Positions 29,501-39,960 are shown, numbered from the stretch's first letter. The stretch: DNA of 64,000 nt from a virus (IMGVR_UViG_3300021197_001596:1535-65534), one strand, 5' to 3'. A program made the numbers and translations. Notes: generated from the letters alone by a model not told the origin.

Positions 29501-32500
29501 AATCCAGGTTTTAACCCAGTTTCAATAAATTGACTTGCTCCATTTCCTGTATAAGTTACTGATTTAAAATATTCATCTGGATAACCACTTGTTCCTTGAT
29601 CGGTTTGATCTATAAATTTTTCAACACCTGATTCTTTAGCTGTACCCTGTGAGTACTGTACGGCATCATCGGCAAAAGCCATAAATATATATGTTTCTGA
29701 ATGATTAACGTTTTGACCACTAGCTATTAATTTAAATCCATTAGAAAACATTTGTATTCTTTCGTTTACTCCATCATCTTCTATTCCAGTAGTATTAAAA
29801 CGAATATGGTTTACCATATCATTAGAAGCCTCTCTTACTGTATCATGAATAATCCAACTACCTGCGTCATCAACATTTTTTATCATAACAAACTTAGGCT
29901 TAAACCCTGTATAAACAAAAGGACCATTAGCATTTCCATTACCCTCATAAGTCCCTATCTTACTATATCCTTCTACAGAATGCCAAGAATACATTACGTA
30001 GTTATTATTAACACCGTTAACATACCAATCGTTTTTTAGTTTTACAACATCGCTTGTAGCTGCTGCATTCCAAAAGTAGTTAATTCCACTATAATATGCA
30101 TTAGCACTATGTAAATACAAACTACCTTCCCAACCACTTCCAAGTAAAGACGAGCCAACTACCCAACCACCAGCGCCGCCACTTTGACCAGTTCCACCAG
30201 TAGCTTTTATAATTACTAGCTCTGGAGCCTTGTTGAGCCCATGACCTATTTCTGCTGTAGATGAATTAGGATAACCAACACCTGTATAAGTTGCAATACT
30301 AAATCCAGCGGTGGTATTAGCACTTACTTGAGTTGTTATAGTTCCATCCGTGTTAGGTACCGCATCGCCCGCGCCTTTAAACGCATAGGCTATATACCCA
30401 GATTTTGTAATATTTGCAGCGTTTTGTGAATCTAAATTAGTGCCAATTGAAAATCCATCTGAATTAAAAGTTTTAAAGCTATCAGTAGTATTAACTTGTA
30501 CATTAGTAGCATGAGAACTATACAGGACTTTATCAATACCTCTTACGTTATCAACCCATATCCAATGATAATTGCTTGAGTTTGTAAAGTTTTTGGTTAT
30601 TAAAAGATCAGGTTTGAAATCAAGTCCTTTAATATCTTGTTTTAATCCATTACCGTTCCAAGTTACAATATCGAAATGATCTCTTGGCTTTTCTTTATCA
30701 TCTGGACTTATAGTAATTGCAGGTAAATTATGCGTTGCTAAAGCTTTATATCCGCTTGGCAATGGATATGTAAACGCTTTTTGACCAAAATTCCAGTCTA
30801 AGACTCCTTGACCTGAATTTGTTCTTGTAGTAGCAACAAAATATGTAAGCTCATCTGAAGCTCTTGTAATACCTCTTACTTGATCAACTATAGCATTGTT
30901 TTTATAAAAGGTTACTTCGCTATCATCTAAATTTAAAAGTATACCACATACATCTCCATCTACAGCTTTGTAATTTGTTGAAGTTTGAGAGCGAGAACCA
31001 TCAACATATATAACCGCATAATTACCGGCGGAATCATTATCCATATTCCAAAGAGTATATCCTGTGTTTATACCATTTAGGTTATTAGTGGGGCTACCAT
31101 TCCAGTGTATCGTTCTATGCGACGCTGCTCCTATTTGTATTGTATTATTTCCTTCATCAGCAACTGTAACTTCAGCATACCATTTTCCAGATGTTGCAGC
31201 TAGCGTTGATTCAAATTGTGCAAAATAGCTATTTGAATTAGTACATCTTAAATTACCTTTAGTTAAACCAGGCCCACTTAATAAAGATTGTGTTCTAAGG
31301 GTTGCATAATTTTCATTAGGCTTTGAATTTGTATGTGCTTGATACGTGAGATTACTCCCACCTTCACTTGAAGCAATTCCATTACCAGATATATCTACTG
31401 TACTTACTTGTTCATAGTTACCTTGTGTAGCGCGGTAGTTTGTAATAATTTCTTGAGCTGTTAAAGCTTTGTTATATACACGTGTTTGTGCGTTTTTTCC
31501 ATCAACATGATAATCTGGGTCATTATAATGAGCACCTATATAAGTATTTGCTGAAGATAAATCACCACTATAAGTTCCACTTGAAGTCTCTTTTCCGTCT
31601 ACATATGATTTTACATTAGAACCTGATCTTGTTAATACTATATGATGCCATTTATTTGTTGATAAAACATTGCCGCTCGTAGCCACATTTACTGCACTGC
31701 CAGAGCTATTAATTAACCATGTTCTAACAGTTTGATTTTGTATATAATGTCCTAAACCACCAGTAGTATTGGTTCCCGCATAATCACTACCACCCCAAAG
31801 CATTCTATAATTGTTTAATGTATCAAATTTCCACCACATTTCAATTGTAAAATCTCCAGTTAACAAACCGCTAGATGCAATAGAAACAAAATCATTACTA
31901 CCATCAAAATCAAATACCCCACCATTAGTTGAAGATAAATAGTTTGCTCCTGATATTGTACCGTCGTTATTATTACTAGTTAAATCATTCCAGTTTGTAC
32001 CACTACCGCTATATGAAGAGCTATCAGAAGCATCTAAATGTAATTTTAAATTACTGCTGCTATCTATGCTACCGGTTGATACATTACTTAAAGGTAAATG
32101 CCATCCATTTAAACCATAAAAATATTTATGTTTTGTAGCATTATAGTTTTGAAGAATTTGAGCAGATGTAAGTCCACTTGAATATATTTGCACTTCACCT
32201 ATTTTACCGTTCAAATATTGATACCCGCCCCCGTGACCTAAATATCCACTTGATGCAACATTAAGTGTTGTTGAAGGTGCTGTTGCAGTGCCAACCCTTA
32301 AACCATTAACATATAATTCAAAAATAGAAGATGTTCCATTTACTACATATGATATATGATACCAATCAGTAGCGTTAAAATTAGAAGTAGCATAACTAAT
32401 TGTGGTATTAGAACTACTACTATTTTTTACAGTACAATTTAAATTACCATTATATACATCAAGCGAAATATATGGGTTTCTATTATATAAAATCATATAT

Positions 32501-33528
32501 ACGGCCGTTGTAGTATTTGTAAGAGACGAACCACTTACCCATAATGATACGCTACCTGTAAGATTAGTACTAATAGGATTGTTCGGCAAATCTATTCTGC
32601 TACTACTCCCGTTAAAACTAGAAACCCCATAATTGTTATTTAAAAAAGTTACATTAGAAGATGTAGCATTATTACTACCAGTACCATCTAGTAATGAACC
32701 ATTTGTAAAATCATAGCTTGATACTAATCCAGTGGTAACTAAAGATTCGCTGCTTTGTTTATTAACTTCTTTTGGAACCCATATTCCGTATTTTAATTCT
32801 CCAAATTCTTTTGGTAATAATGCTTTACCATCTATATATTTAAAATCTGCATATGTTGCGTCAAACCCATAACCAGATGTATAAAATACTTCATTTATTT
32901 CTTGTGAATAACCAAAATATAAATTTTGACCATCAGATAAATTTCCAATAGTTTCCCAAGTAAGTTCAATACCGTTAATCCAGTATCTTATTTTATTAGC
33001 ATCTGTTGGTTGATTCGTATCAATTGACACAACATGATGATACCACCCTGTATTGTCTAAAACAACAGCATCTGATATAAAGTTAACTGAATCAACAGCT
33101 ATTTTAATCTTACTATCTAAACTACTGCCCGAAGTATGTTTTCTAACCCAGATTCTAGCAGTTTGACTACTACCTGTAGATATATATGTATTATCACTCG
33201 AGTGAGCTTTATTGTGTTCTTTAACCCAAAAACTAAACGTTCCAGCAGTGTTTCTATAATCAGCTGGATCAATAACAATATGGTTATCACTTGATGTTGG
33301 ATTATCTAAATGTAATGATTCACCTAAACTGTGTTCATTTATTGAAAACAAAGAAGCACCACGCAACTCGGACATAGATCTACCGGTGATTGTGTTACCA
33401 AGTGCTGGTGTAGTAAATTTTACAGTATTATTATCACCTAACGACACATCCACTTCGTTTGTGTCTGCCTGCAGCGTACTGTTTACATCATCATTTAAGC
33501 TAATTTGTCCTGTGCTAGGTATTGGCAT
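26548..33528 (-). CDS. Giant receptor-binding/adhesin protein with multiple LamG/ConA-like domains and a SPRY-like domain (2326 aa)
   Basis: Repeated FDGSNDY...T.E.W...W.H.....G..K.Y.NG...G......Y..ALT...I..NY.AT modules; SGKWYAEV..NFGQKAF.Y..P.GYKAL SPRY pattern; repeated GFSIA.YTG..HGL.KAPE..GYSKIG.Y.G modules; N-terminal MPIPSTGQISL. Confidence 0.8.
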   Translation of the reverse strand: MPIPSTGQISLNDDVNSTLQADTNEVDVSLGDNNTVKFTTPALGNTITGRSMSELRGASLFSINEHSLGESLHLDNPTSSDNHIVIDPADYRNTAGTFSFWVKEHNKAHSSDNTYISTGSSQTARIWVRKHTSGSSLDSKIKIAVDSVNFISDAVVLDNTGWYHHVVSIDTNQPTDANKIRYWINGIELTWETIGNLSDGQNLYFGYSQEINEVFYTSGYGFDATYADFKYIDGKALLPKEFGELKYGIWVPKEVNKQSSESLVTTGLVSSYDFTNGSLLDGTGSNNATSSNVTFLNNNYGVSSFNGSSSRIDLPNNPISTNLTGSVSLWVSGSSLTNTTTAVYMILYNRNPYISLDVYNGNLNCTVKNSSSSNTTISYATSNFNATDWYHISYVVNGTSSIFELYVNGLRVGTATAPSTTLNVASSGYLGHGGGYQYLNGKIGEVQIYSSGLTSAQILQNYNATKHKYFYGLNGWHLPLSNVSTGSIDSSSNLKLHLDASDSSSYSGSGTNWNDLTSNNNDGTISGANYLSSTNGGVFDFDGSNDFVSIASSGLLTGDFTIEMWWKFDTLNNYRMLWGGSDYAGTNTTGGLGHYIQNQTVRTWLINSSGSAVNVATSGNVLSTNKWHHIVLTRSGSNVKSYVDGKETSSGTYSGDLSSANTYIGAHYNDPDYHVDGKNAQTRVYNKALTAQEIITNYRATQGNYEQVSTVDISGNGIASSEGGSNLTYQAHTNSKPNENYATLRTQSLLSGPGLTKGNLRCTNSNSYFAQFESTLAATSGKWYAEVTVADEGNNTIQIGAASHRTIHWNGSPTNNLNGINTGYTLWNMDNDSAGNYAVIYVDGSRSQTSTNYKAVDGDVCGILLNLDDSEVTFYKNNAIVDQVRGITRASDELTYFVATTRTNSGQGVLDWNFGQKAFTYPLPSGYKALATHNLPAITISPDDKEKPRDHFDIVTWNGNGLKQDIKGLDFKPDLLITKNFTNSSNYHWIWVDNVRGIDKVLYSSHATNVQVNTTDSFKTFNSDGFSIGTNLDSQNAANITKSGYIAYAFKGAGDAVPNTDGTITTQVSANTTAGFSIATYTGVGYPNSSTAEIGHGLNKAPELVIIKATGGTGQSGGAGGWVVGSSLLGSGWEGSLYLHSANAYYSGINYFWNAAATSDVVKLKNDWYVNGVNNNYVMYSWHSVEGYSKIGTYEGNGNANGPFVYTGFKPKFVMIKNVDDAGSWIIHDTVREASNDMVNHIRFNTTGIEDDGVNERIQMFSNGFKLIASGQNVNHSETYIFMAFADDAVQYSQGTAKESGVEKFIDQTDQGTSGYPDEYFKSVTYTGNGASQFIETGLKPGLSWLKKRTNDTKHHRFFDTVRGAGNAIYSPSTSGNTSDEGISAFHDNGFTLGSASGTNENTDTFVSWNWRAGDTTVTKKPTYTSAGILTSNLALHYNFADSNTYSGTGTTVYDLTSNDKDGTLTNGPAWKTNAYGNYFDFDGSNDYIQTNLALTSTNVTAEFWFNSDVSTSTNQPLFFTSNGGRIDVNIAEGTPGANGYYNILNILVPARYEWNHLAVVTEGFAGSYSGTYGSAITFTVYLNGNKIASSGSLTPYAQTANGYEANMRIGRSGGGYYFNGKIGQTRMYTAVLTQAQIRANYDATRTLYQGVGTTANVLQTNLQLNYDIDDFDTYDSNWGKDNKVAVLNGSSSIIQSSISKTVLANNFSVSFWWKPNLMNTFQVPMGGLYDETGNIAYGWMVYQGSDNKMHLYWIISSSPNTSNSISNNVVLEQGKWYHVVATKTSSGASIHVNALSASSSLAQGNQFGIVYNTNPTFYIGKRNISNNYANGSMDQVRIFNKAVNDAEVKKLYSETQSQNSTLQILGDTSCIATYNFNGNYNDLSTNYNGSQSNVTLADDAIITANRITDKTSNNRSGTLIGGTVKKSNIGKYVYLDGSNDYIEGPAASSIISSGTTDITIEGWVYMKSHPSAYDGIIGTMNATSPFGGWMIYNHHITDNYGFGLNVGGTWTSIDTRASIDLNVWTHVAATYDGSIMKFYKNGKLTLIHQVSGTIAYTTGDLNFRIGLNASAYSDMNFAQARVYSAALSFDQVKANYDATKEQFYGALVHADVSVNDKSGFSIAKWTGTGVNGITVPHGMEKAPEVIFTKGLTNVTSWVSGVGGMTEYELFDYMQISTQGDISNSSTFYQGYKSTGFTAGVSSANEFNKNDSNEYISYCWRSIPGYSKIGVYNGTGGVNDIYTGFQPRWVMIKRSDSDNYWAIFDAARDNAGDMSQILWGNAVDVEADGGNTSSILTSATGFGMDSSAVGGSMNANNGTYMYMAFA

Positions 33529-36500
33529 CTTCTAATTTTTTTTCTAATTTATTAACTTTATTTGTAAGCTCTTTAACAGCTTCTATTAGTACTGCACTTA
33601 ATTTTTCATAGTCAACAGTTTTAACTTTAGTATCATCTATTAATGTTTTGCTATACACAATGTCAGGCAAAACTTGTTCCACTTCTTGCGCTATAACACC
33701 TATGTCTTTTTGACCTTTACGTGAACCGCTATTCCATGTATACGTAACTCCTCTTAACGCTTGTACTTTGTCTAGAGCAGTTTCAATAGTTTCTACATTG
33801 TCTTTTAACGATATATCTGATGTTGTCGTTGAAAATGCAATAACATCACCATCAACCAAAAGATCTTTGTTAGTAGAATCTATCTCCATCGCGAGAGTTC
33901 CACCAAAATACCAAGAATGTTTAGTTGCGGTTGATTTGTAATAGTTGCTACTATTAAAACCTATTTGCTCAATATCGTCTCTACAATCAGCATCTATATC
34001 CATTGTAGTTCCATTAAGAGTCATACCCGCGCCACCAGTTACACTTGTTTGACTAACAAAATTTGCTTTTGTAATTGTTTTATGGGAAGTATCAGATGCA
34101 TCATAAAATAATATTTCATCTGCATCAGCTATTGTTGTTTCAACAGTTAAATCATTTATTGCAAGACCTATATTACCTGTTTCTGTAACAGTTCCAGTAA
34201 GTCCCGTTGAAGTCCCAACTGATCTAACACCTGCACCTACATAAACCGTACCACCCATGTTTGCGTGATTAGCACAATAATAATAAAGGGTAGATGGAGT
34301 ATCTTGTTCAACTGTAATTTCTGTATAAGTTGATGTGGTTGTAACACCTGTAGTGTAAGCAGAACTATTGTTTGAATCTGTAGAAAATCTAAGTGGATGG
34401 GCTGAAGGGTGCGTGAATCTATATTTAAACCCAGGTTGCAATGTTACGTCAGCTTGTTGTGTGCCATCTATATAGTATTTACCACCAGAATCTGTTACAG
34501 CTATATCATTTCTAAAATATTTAAGTGATATCTCGTTAGCGGTTTTTCTTGATTCAGTTGTGCTATCTTGTAATATAAATTCAGTGTCTGCACTTATATC
34601 ACTAGTCTTATCGGTTAACTCAGAAAAATCTAAATCAAATGTTATTGTTTCATTAGAACTTTGATTTGTTGTAAACGCCTGGCCTCCTGATAATCCTGTA
34701 CCCGCTGTAAGCGTTATAGTGGCATCATTAGCAGCCGAAGGTATTGTAGGTGTTCCAGTGAAGTTTGCATACGCTAAATAATGCGATCCCTCTTGACCAT
34801 CTAAAGTGTCTGCATCTAATCCGTTTCCTGTACCTTCACTTGCTGTTGTAAGTATTTCTACTTCTGCTCCTGCAAGACCAGCATACCATTTATCTTGTGA
34901 TTCATTCCATATTAAAGAAGCGTTTGTAGAAGTACCTCTTTCAACTTCTATACCACCATTTTGAGATGGCGTTCCTGATTCGTTATTATTAAGAACAATA
35001 ATATTATCATTAACGGTAACTGTTTCAGAATTTACCGTTGTAGTTGTACCTGATACAGTTAAATCACCAGTTACGGCAACATTACCCGCAAATCCTACAG
35101 TGTCACCTGAATCCGCACCAATTGTAATAGTTTGATCTGCAGCACCTCCTGCCGATTCAAGTGCGGCAAGTCTAGTTAATAAATTAGCATTTGATACATC
35201 TGAGTCTGTATTAGCAATACTAGCCCATGGAACATTTACCACGGCTTGACCATCTGAATTCAACTGTATACCATATGTTCTACTAGCTGTAGCGCTGACT
35301 GTATTAGCGGCAACGGTTTGCACTGTATCACTAAATAATTCTACACCACCTTTTGCGCTACTAGAGGCTGTGGGTAGAGTATATGATTGGTCATCTACTA
35401 CTAAATCAATATTATTATTAGTATCATCATATGCTGTTGTAATACGAGTAAGTGTGTTACCGCTTGTAAACATAGCACCAACAATATCTTGTATTTCTTC
35501 GTCTGTTCTTGAAGTTACAGTTTCCGCAGCAGTAGCTAAGCCCGTTACGTGTCCATTGCTATCTAGTGTTATATCTTGTATGTATGTTCTACCAGAATTA
35601 TCAGAACTTGTTGCCGCAGTTATATTTGGATGAGCAGATGCTATAGTGAAATTAGGATATGTTCCTGTAACAGTAATATTACTACCATTAGTAAACGCCA
35701 CAGTCTTATCATATAAGTTTGTAGACCCCTCTGTTATAGTATCTGTAGTTATAGTAGCATTTTCAAATCTACCGTTAGTATTGTTGTATTTTAAAAATTG
35801 ATTGTTAGATGGTGTTGATACGTTTACATCAGATAAATCACTTAATGATGAAGCAGCAGCTGATCCGCCTAAACTAGTAGCAGCTAAACTTCTAAATACA
35901 CCAGATGTCAGTATTTTAGCGTGATCTGTGTTATTTAATACAGAACTTCCTCCTTTAACAATTAATGCTCCTAAATATATAGCTTGTGCTGCTGTATTTT
36001 CTGCTTCAGTAAATTCTTCTAATAAATAATTTGTTTGCGCCTCATCTATACTATCATAATAGTTTTTACCATAATATGATACAATTATATCTGGTGTTGT
36101 AGGGAAATAAAACAATCTTTGTACACTAAATTTAGAACTTTGCATTGTTTGTAGCGTACCACTTGCATTGTCGTATTTAGTATTATCTATAGTATCATAA
36201 CCAGCACCATCATTACTATCCAACGTGTGACCTGTAGATCCGTCACTATAATACCTATGGATTTTTGCTTCTGTTTTTGCTGCATCTGAAACTAATGAAG
36301 GATTATTAGGGTTAGCTTCGTAAGCTCTACCTTGTGACCAAGCCACACCAGCAGCTCTATCAAGCTTTAGATTTGCACCATTAGCTGTAACTTTATGTCC
36401 AGACTTTTTTAATGGACCAAATATTCTAGTAAACTCCTGTATTTGTGTTACAGCACCATAAGCAGTTATAGGAAATGTTTTTACAAAATCAATTGTTCCG

Positions 36501-38317
36501 CTTGTGTGAATAACAGAACCTATTATAATATTGTTTGACTTTTGAGCGTCTGTGAAATTTGTAGTCTGTTGATTGATAGTACCATTAGCATCAATATATA
36601 TCCAAGTATTTTTTTGAGTTGTTGAGCCACTATCTAAGCCTGTACACGTTACAGTTTGTGTAGACCAACTAATATGTTTTATTTCAGGATATGGTTTTGA
36701 TGCTGAATTCTCTTTGTTAAGATCGTTTACAATACCCGTACCAGCGGTTATTGCAAATTGAGTGTTATTTGCTTTTGATAATATACCACCACTTGTGATA
36801 CCAGTTGAAATGCCCTCAGTAATAGTATCTATAGGTAATTCGTGATCATGATATCTAAAGTTTAGTATATCATGGCTATTTTCTGTTTTGAAATATATAG
36901 CATTATCTTGAGTAACACTTGTTTGTGCTGTTGTAAAAGACAACACATCATCTACAATAACATTATCTGCTGTTAGATTATTTGTTATTACTACACTATT
37001 TGGTAAACCTACAGTCCACGTTCTGTCAGTTGATAAATTTTGTGCACCTCCTGCAACTTCAATTTCATTAGTAGTACCTGAAATAGTTAACTCAGTATTT
37101 TGATCAAGTATAACAGGCTTATTTTGTATAAATGAATCTACGTTTGTATCAGTTTCAGCCCAGTTAGACTGTACGTTTTGCTCTGCATTAGCAGCAATAC
37201 CTGTAAGTTTTGTTCTTTCAGAACTTGTTATAATAATACCAGAACCGGCATTAGAAACATCATTCAAACTAGTTACGCTGTGATTGCTTAAAACAGTTAA
37301 ATCCGTTGGTTTATTTTCTATAAAATCATCTTGAGCACTGTCGCTTTGGTTCCAATCAGATTTTACATTAACTTCCGCACCTGTTGCAATACCATTTAAT
37401 TTAGTTTGCAGCGCATCTGTAAAATCGTTTGTTGATAAACCTTTACCTGTAATTTTATCAACCTTTCCATCTAATGCTGCTTGAAGTCCAGCAATATTAC
37501 TTATACTTAAAGAATCTAAAGTTGCTTTATTAGTCTCTATGTAATCTACAACTTCTTGCAATGAATCAAGATTAACATTGTCTGAGGTAAGTAAAGTGTT
37601 TATTGAGTCTATATACCCTTTTAAAACTACTCCTTGTGAAGCAGCTAAGACTTTTGCTGAATCATCAGTAGTTACATTGTTAACTATATCGGTAATGTTT
37701 ACCTTACCACTGACCGTGCCTAGTGTTAGTCTTTCTCCGTCTGTTATAATAGCACCAGAACCAGCACTTGTTACATCATTTAACTCTGTTACTGAAAAAG
37801 AATTTAGATTTTTTAAGTTATTTCCTAGTGTAGAAATATAATATTCAGCACCTTTTTCTAATTGGCCTGATGCATCTTGGTTAGACACTGTAAGAACTTT
37901 ATAAGTATTAGATGTTGAATCTTCAATTGCATCAACTCTATATATACCAAAATTATTAGTGTCACCTTTTTTGGTTATACGAACATCATACCCGGCTAAA
38001 ACATCTATGTAGTCATCTACCTCTTGTTTTTGTAAATTTTTAAAAGACATATATAATGTCTGTATACTTGCAAAAGAAGTTGATGTATATGTTCCTGTTC
38101 CGGTTGTTATAATACCAAATTGATCTGTATCGACATTATAGTCTTGTGCTTTAAATACAATACCATCAAATTGTTTAATGAAGTTTTCTGCATTAGCCAG
38201 CTCTAACAAACTTTCTACTGAAAAGTTTTTAGTTATATTGTCATTTGAGTTTGACCCTATAACTTTGTCGTTTAAATTAAGATCAACATCCTGATCGTAT
38301 GTAAATATTCTTGCCAT
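33515..38317 (-). CDS. Long tail fibre with C-terminal peptidase S74 intramolecular chaperone (1600 aa)
   Basis: SDISLKDNV...ALDKV..LRGVTYTW...IGVIAQEVE..LP...VDYEKL..VLIEAVKEL; fibre repeats KL.GIA..A..NV.S.W and GLDADTLDG. Confidence 0.88.
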   Translation of the reverse strand: MARIFTYDQDVDLNLNDKVIGSNSNDNITKNFSVESLLELANAENFIKQFDGIVFKAQDYNVDTDQFGIITTGTGTYTSTSFASIQTLYMSFKNLQKQEVDDYIDVLAGYDVRITKKGDTNNFGIYRVDAIEDSTSNTYKVLTVSNQDASGQLEKGAEYYISTLGNNLKNLNSFSVTELNDVTSAGSGAIITDGERLTLGTVSGKVNITDIVNNVTTDDSAKVLAASQGVVLKGYIDSINTLLTSDNVNLDSLQEVVDYIETNKATLDSLSISNIAGLQAALDGKVDKITGKGLSTNDFTDALQTKLNGIATGAEVNVKSDWNQSDSAQDDFIENKPTDLTVLSNHSVTSLNDVSNAGSGIIITSSERTKLTGIAANAEQNVQSNWAETDTNVDSFIQNKPVILDQNTELTISGTTNEIEVAGGAQNLSTDRTWTVGLPNSVVITNNLTADNVIVDDVLSFTTAQTSVTQDNAIYFKTENSHDILNFRYHDHELPIDTITEGISTGITSGGILSKANNTQFAITAGTGIVNDLNKENSASKPYPEIKHISWSTQTVTCTGLDSGSTTQKNTWIYIDANGTINQQTTNFTDAQKSNNIIIGSVIHTSGTIDFVKTFPITAYGAVTQIQEFTRIFGPLKKSGHKVTANGANLKLDRAAGVAWSQGRAYEANPNNPSLVSDAAKTEAKIHRYYSDGSTGHTLDSNDGAGYDTIDNTKYDNASGTLQTMQSSKFSVQRLFYFPTTPDIIVSYYGKNYYDSIDEAQTNYLLEEFTEAENTAAQAIYLGALIVKGGSSVLNNTDHAKILTSGVFRSLAATSLGGSAAASSLSDLSDVNVSTPSNNQFLKYNNTNGRFENATITTDTITEGSTNLYDKTVAFTNGSNITVTGTYPNFTIASAHPNITAATSSDNSGRTYIQDITLDSNGHVTGLATAAETVTSRTDEEIQDIVGAMFTSGNTLTRITTAYDDTNNNIDLVVDDQSYTLPTASSSAKGGVELFSDTVQTVAANTVSATASRTYGIQLNSDGQAVVNVPWASIANTDSDVSNANLLTRLAALESAGGAADQTITIGADSGDTVGFAGNVAVTGDLTVSGTTTTVNSETVTVNDNIIVLNNNESGTPSQNGGIEVERGTSTNASLIWNESQDKWYAGLAGAEVEILTTASEGTGNGLDADTLDGQEGSHYLAYANFTGTPTIPSAANDATITLTAGTGLSGGQAFTTNQSSNETITFDLDFSELTDKTSDISADTEFILQDSTTESRKTANEISLKYFRNDIAVTDSGGKYYIDGTQQADVTLQPGFKYRFTHPSAHPLRFSTDSNNSSAYTTGVTTTSTYTEITVEQDTPSTLYYYCANHANMGGTVYVGAGVRSVGTSTGLTGTVTETGNIGLAINDLTVETTIADADEILFYDASDTSHKTITKANFVSQTSVTGGAGMTLNGTTMDIDADCRDDIEQIGFNSSNYYKSTATKHSWYFGGTLAMEIDSTNKDLLVDGDVIAFSTTTSDISLKDNVETIETALDKVQALRGVTYTWNSGSRKGQKDIGVIAQEVEQVLPDIVYSKTLIDDTKVKTVDYEKLSAVLIEAVKELTNKVNKLEKKLEDANT

Positions 38318-38319
38318 TT

Positions 38320-38733
38320 TTATTTATGTTTATTGTTTCCAAACACTTTCTCAACGCCACGTGAGCCAAAATAGCCTCCAATTACGATTGTTAAAAGTCC
38401 GGTAATATCATCTAAAGGGTAGCCCATGTACCAGCCAGATACATAACTAATTACTAAAAATACTAAAGTTAGTGGCCGTACGTTTGCTGCAAGCCATGAT
38501 CCTGATCTTGCATCAGCAACCCATCTCCTCGTTGTTCCATCTATCTCAGCTCGTTCAAGCTCTAGCTTTTTTAATGCTACCTCCTTGTCAGCATCACTCA
38601 TATCGCTCCCGCCAATAATAGCTTGTATAACAGAACCCACAGGTGTATCACCTGCAATGGCTCCTACAACATTAGGAATTTTATCTAATAAAAATTTACC
38701 AACACCGGTATCCTTAAAGCGCTTTTTAGACAT
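38320..38733 (-). CDS. Putative holin (3TM GTA-holin-like, 137 aa)
   Basis: RW.AD..S.SWL..NVRPL followed by two TM helices and GGYFGSRGVEK. Confidence 0.7.
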   Translation of the reverse strand: MSKKRFKDTGVGKFLLDKIPNVVGAIAGDTPVGSVIQAIIGGSDMSDADKEVALKKLELERAEIDGTTRRWVADARSGSWLAANVRPLTLVFLVISYVSGWYMGYPLDDITGLLTIVIGGYFGSRGVEKVFGNNKHK

Positions 38734-38743
38734 TTAAATTAAT

Positions 38744-39061
38744 TTAACAATTCCATCTTCTTCGTGCAGCTCTACCTCTTTCCCCAGTCCAACCTTTAGA
38801 TCTAGCGCAAAATGATTTTCTTCTCTTTGCGGCTTTGCTACCAGGTTTTAGTTTACTAGGTGGAGTGGTTACAGCTGTTTTTAATTTACTTCCAGGGTTA
38901 TCTGCTTTATATTTATTTACACCCTTTTGAGACATTCCACCTCCAGCTTTTCCGCCCGTACCCGTGGGGTTGGCTTTATTATAATAGCCTAAAGATTTTT
39001 TCTTTGATGGAGCGGGAGGTTTCTTCATAAGAGGAGATACCCTTTTAGTTATTGGTTCCAT
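38744..39061 (-). CDS. Small basic phage protein (105 aa)
   Basis: GGM..KG...Y...NPGSKLKTAVT...AKRRKSFCAR...RRWNC motif, recalled as common in aquatic phages. Confidence 0.65.
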   Translation of the reverse strand: MEPITKRVSPLMKKPPAPSKKKSLGYYNKANPTGTGGKAGGGMSQKGVNKYKADNPGSKLKTAVTTPPSKLKPGSKAAKRRKSFCARSKGWTGERGRAARRRWNC

Positions 39062-39534
39062 AATATATATTTTGTCTTGTTATTTTCTTTTACAGCTCTT
39101 AATACCCTCATTCTATTTTCGCCTAAAGAATAGCTAACGTGAACCCACGCTGGATTATAATCATCTCCAAATTCCCATATTAGTTGATCAAATTCTAAAT
39201 AATCTTTTATATAATTAAAAAAATCAGCATTAGAAGCTTTGCTATACACATCATCAATATCAATAGCCTCGCCTAAACAATGTTGCGACTTAGAAGAGCC
39301 ACCGATAGTCTTATTTAATTCTGGAGAACGATAAAATGATGTAATATATATAGGCTCACCTATTTTTCCTCTAAGCGGTTCAAAAATTTGTTCTGCTGTT
39401 ATTTTCATTGTTAATAAAGTGTAGGGATCAGGAAAGTTATTTATTCCTAATCTTTCAGCAGTATTAGATCTAGTAGCCTCTTTTAAGGATACGTGCTCTG
39501 AAATAACAAATTTATTTTCCGCCATTTCTTTCAT
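39049..39534 (-). CDS. Peptidase M15-family endolysin (161 aa)
   Basis: ITSFYRS.ELN..IGGS..SQHC.GEAID and WVHVSY zinc-binding motifs. Confidence 0.88.
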   Translation of the reverse strand: MKEMAENKFVISEHVSLKEATRSNTAERLGINNFPDPYTLLTMKITAEQIFEPLRGKIGEPIYITSFYRSPELNKTIGGSSKSQHCLGEAIDIDDVYSKASNADFFNYIKDYLEFDQLIWEFGDDYNPAWVHVSYSLGENRMRVLRAVKENNKTKYILWNQ

Positions 39535-39712
39535 GTAAATACGTTGAAGAACAACTACCCGCTTTTCCTATAGGAGCTTTGCAAGTAGGACAAATTTCTT
39601 CTTTAGCACTTGATTTAGTAGCATGCACTTTTTGTGTAATAGGCATTGCTGTTGGTCCTGACATTCCCATAATTATTTTCTTTTTTGTTTTTTGTAAGCC
39701 TCTTTTTCCCAA
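39512..39712 (-). CDS. Small hypothetical protein with CxxC...C/H motif
   Basis: CPTCKAPIGKAGSC; fills the gap between neighbours; start uncertain. Confidence 0.4.
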   Translation of the reverse strand: MGKRGLQKTKKKIIMGMSGPTAMPITQKVHATKSSAKEEICPTCKAPIGKAGSCSSTYLHERNGGK

Positions 39713-39960
39713 GGAAGATTACCGGCTCCTTCTTTCATTCCTTTTCTTGAATATTTTTTCCCTTCCCAGTATATATACTTATCGTCATATCTTAAGTCAC
39801 CTCTTTTAATTTGGTTTCTATGAACTTTTTCATGACTAAGCGCAATTTTTTGTTGCACTGGAGAAAGCTCTTTGTTTATATGAATAGTCCCATCATTAAA
39901 AGTCATACCGTGTACTCCTTCGGATAATTTTTTTTTTAATACAGGTGGGGCTTTTTTCAT
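39673..39960 (-). CDS. Small HExxH zincin-like protein (95 aa)
   Basis: G.I.IN..L......ALSHEKVH...LPWEKEAY. Confidence 0.65.
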   Translation of the reverse strand: MKKAPPVLKKKLSEGVHGMTFNDGTIHINKELSPVQQKIALSHEKVHRNQIKRGDLRYDDKYIYWEGKKYSRKGMKEGAGNLPWEKEAYKKQKRK

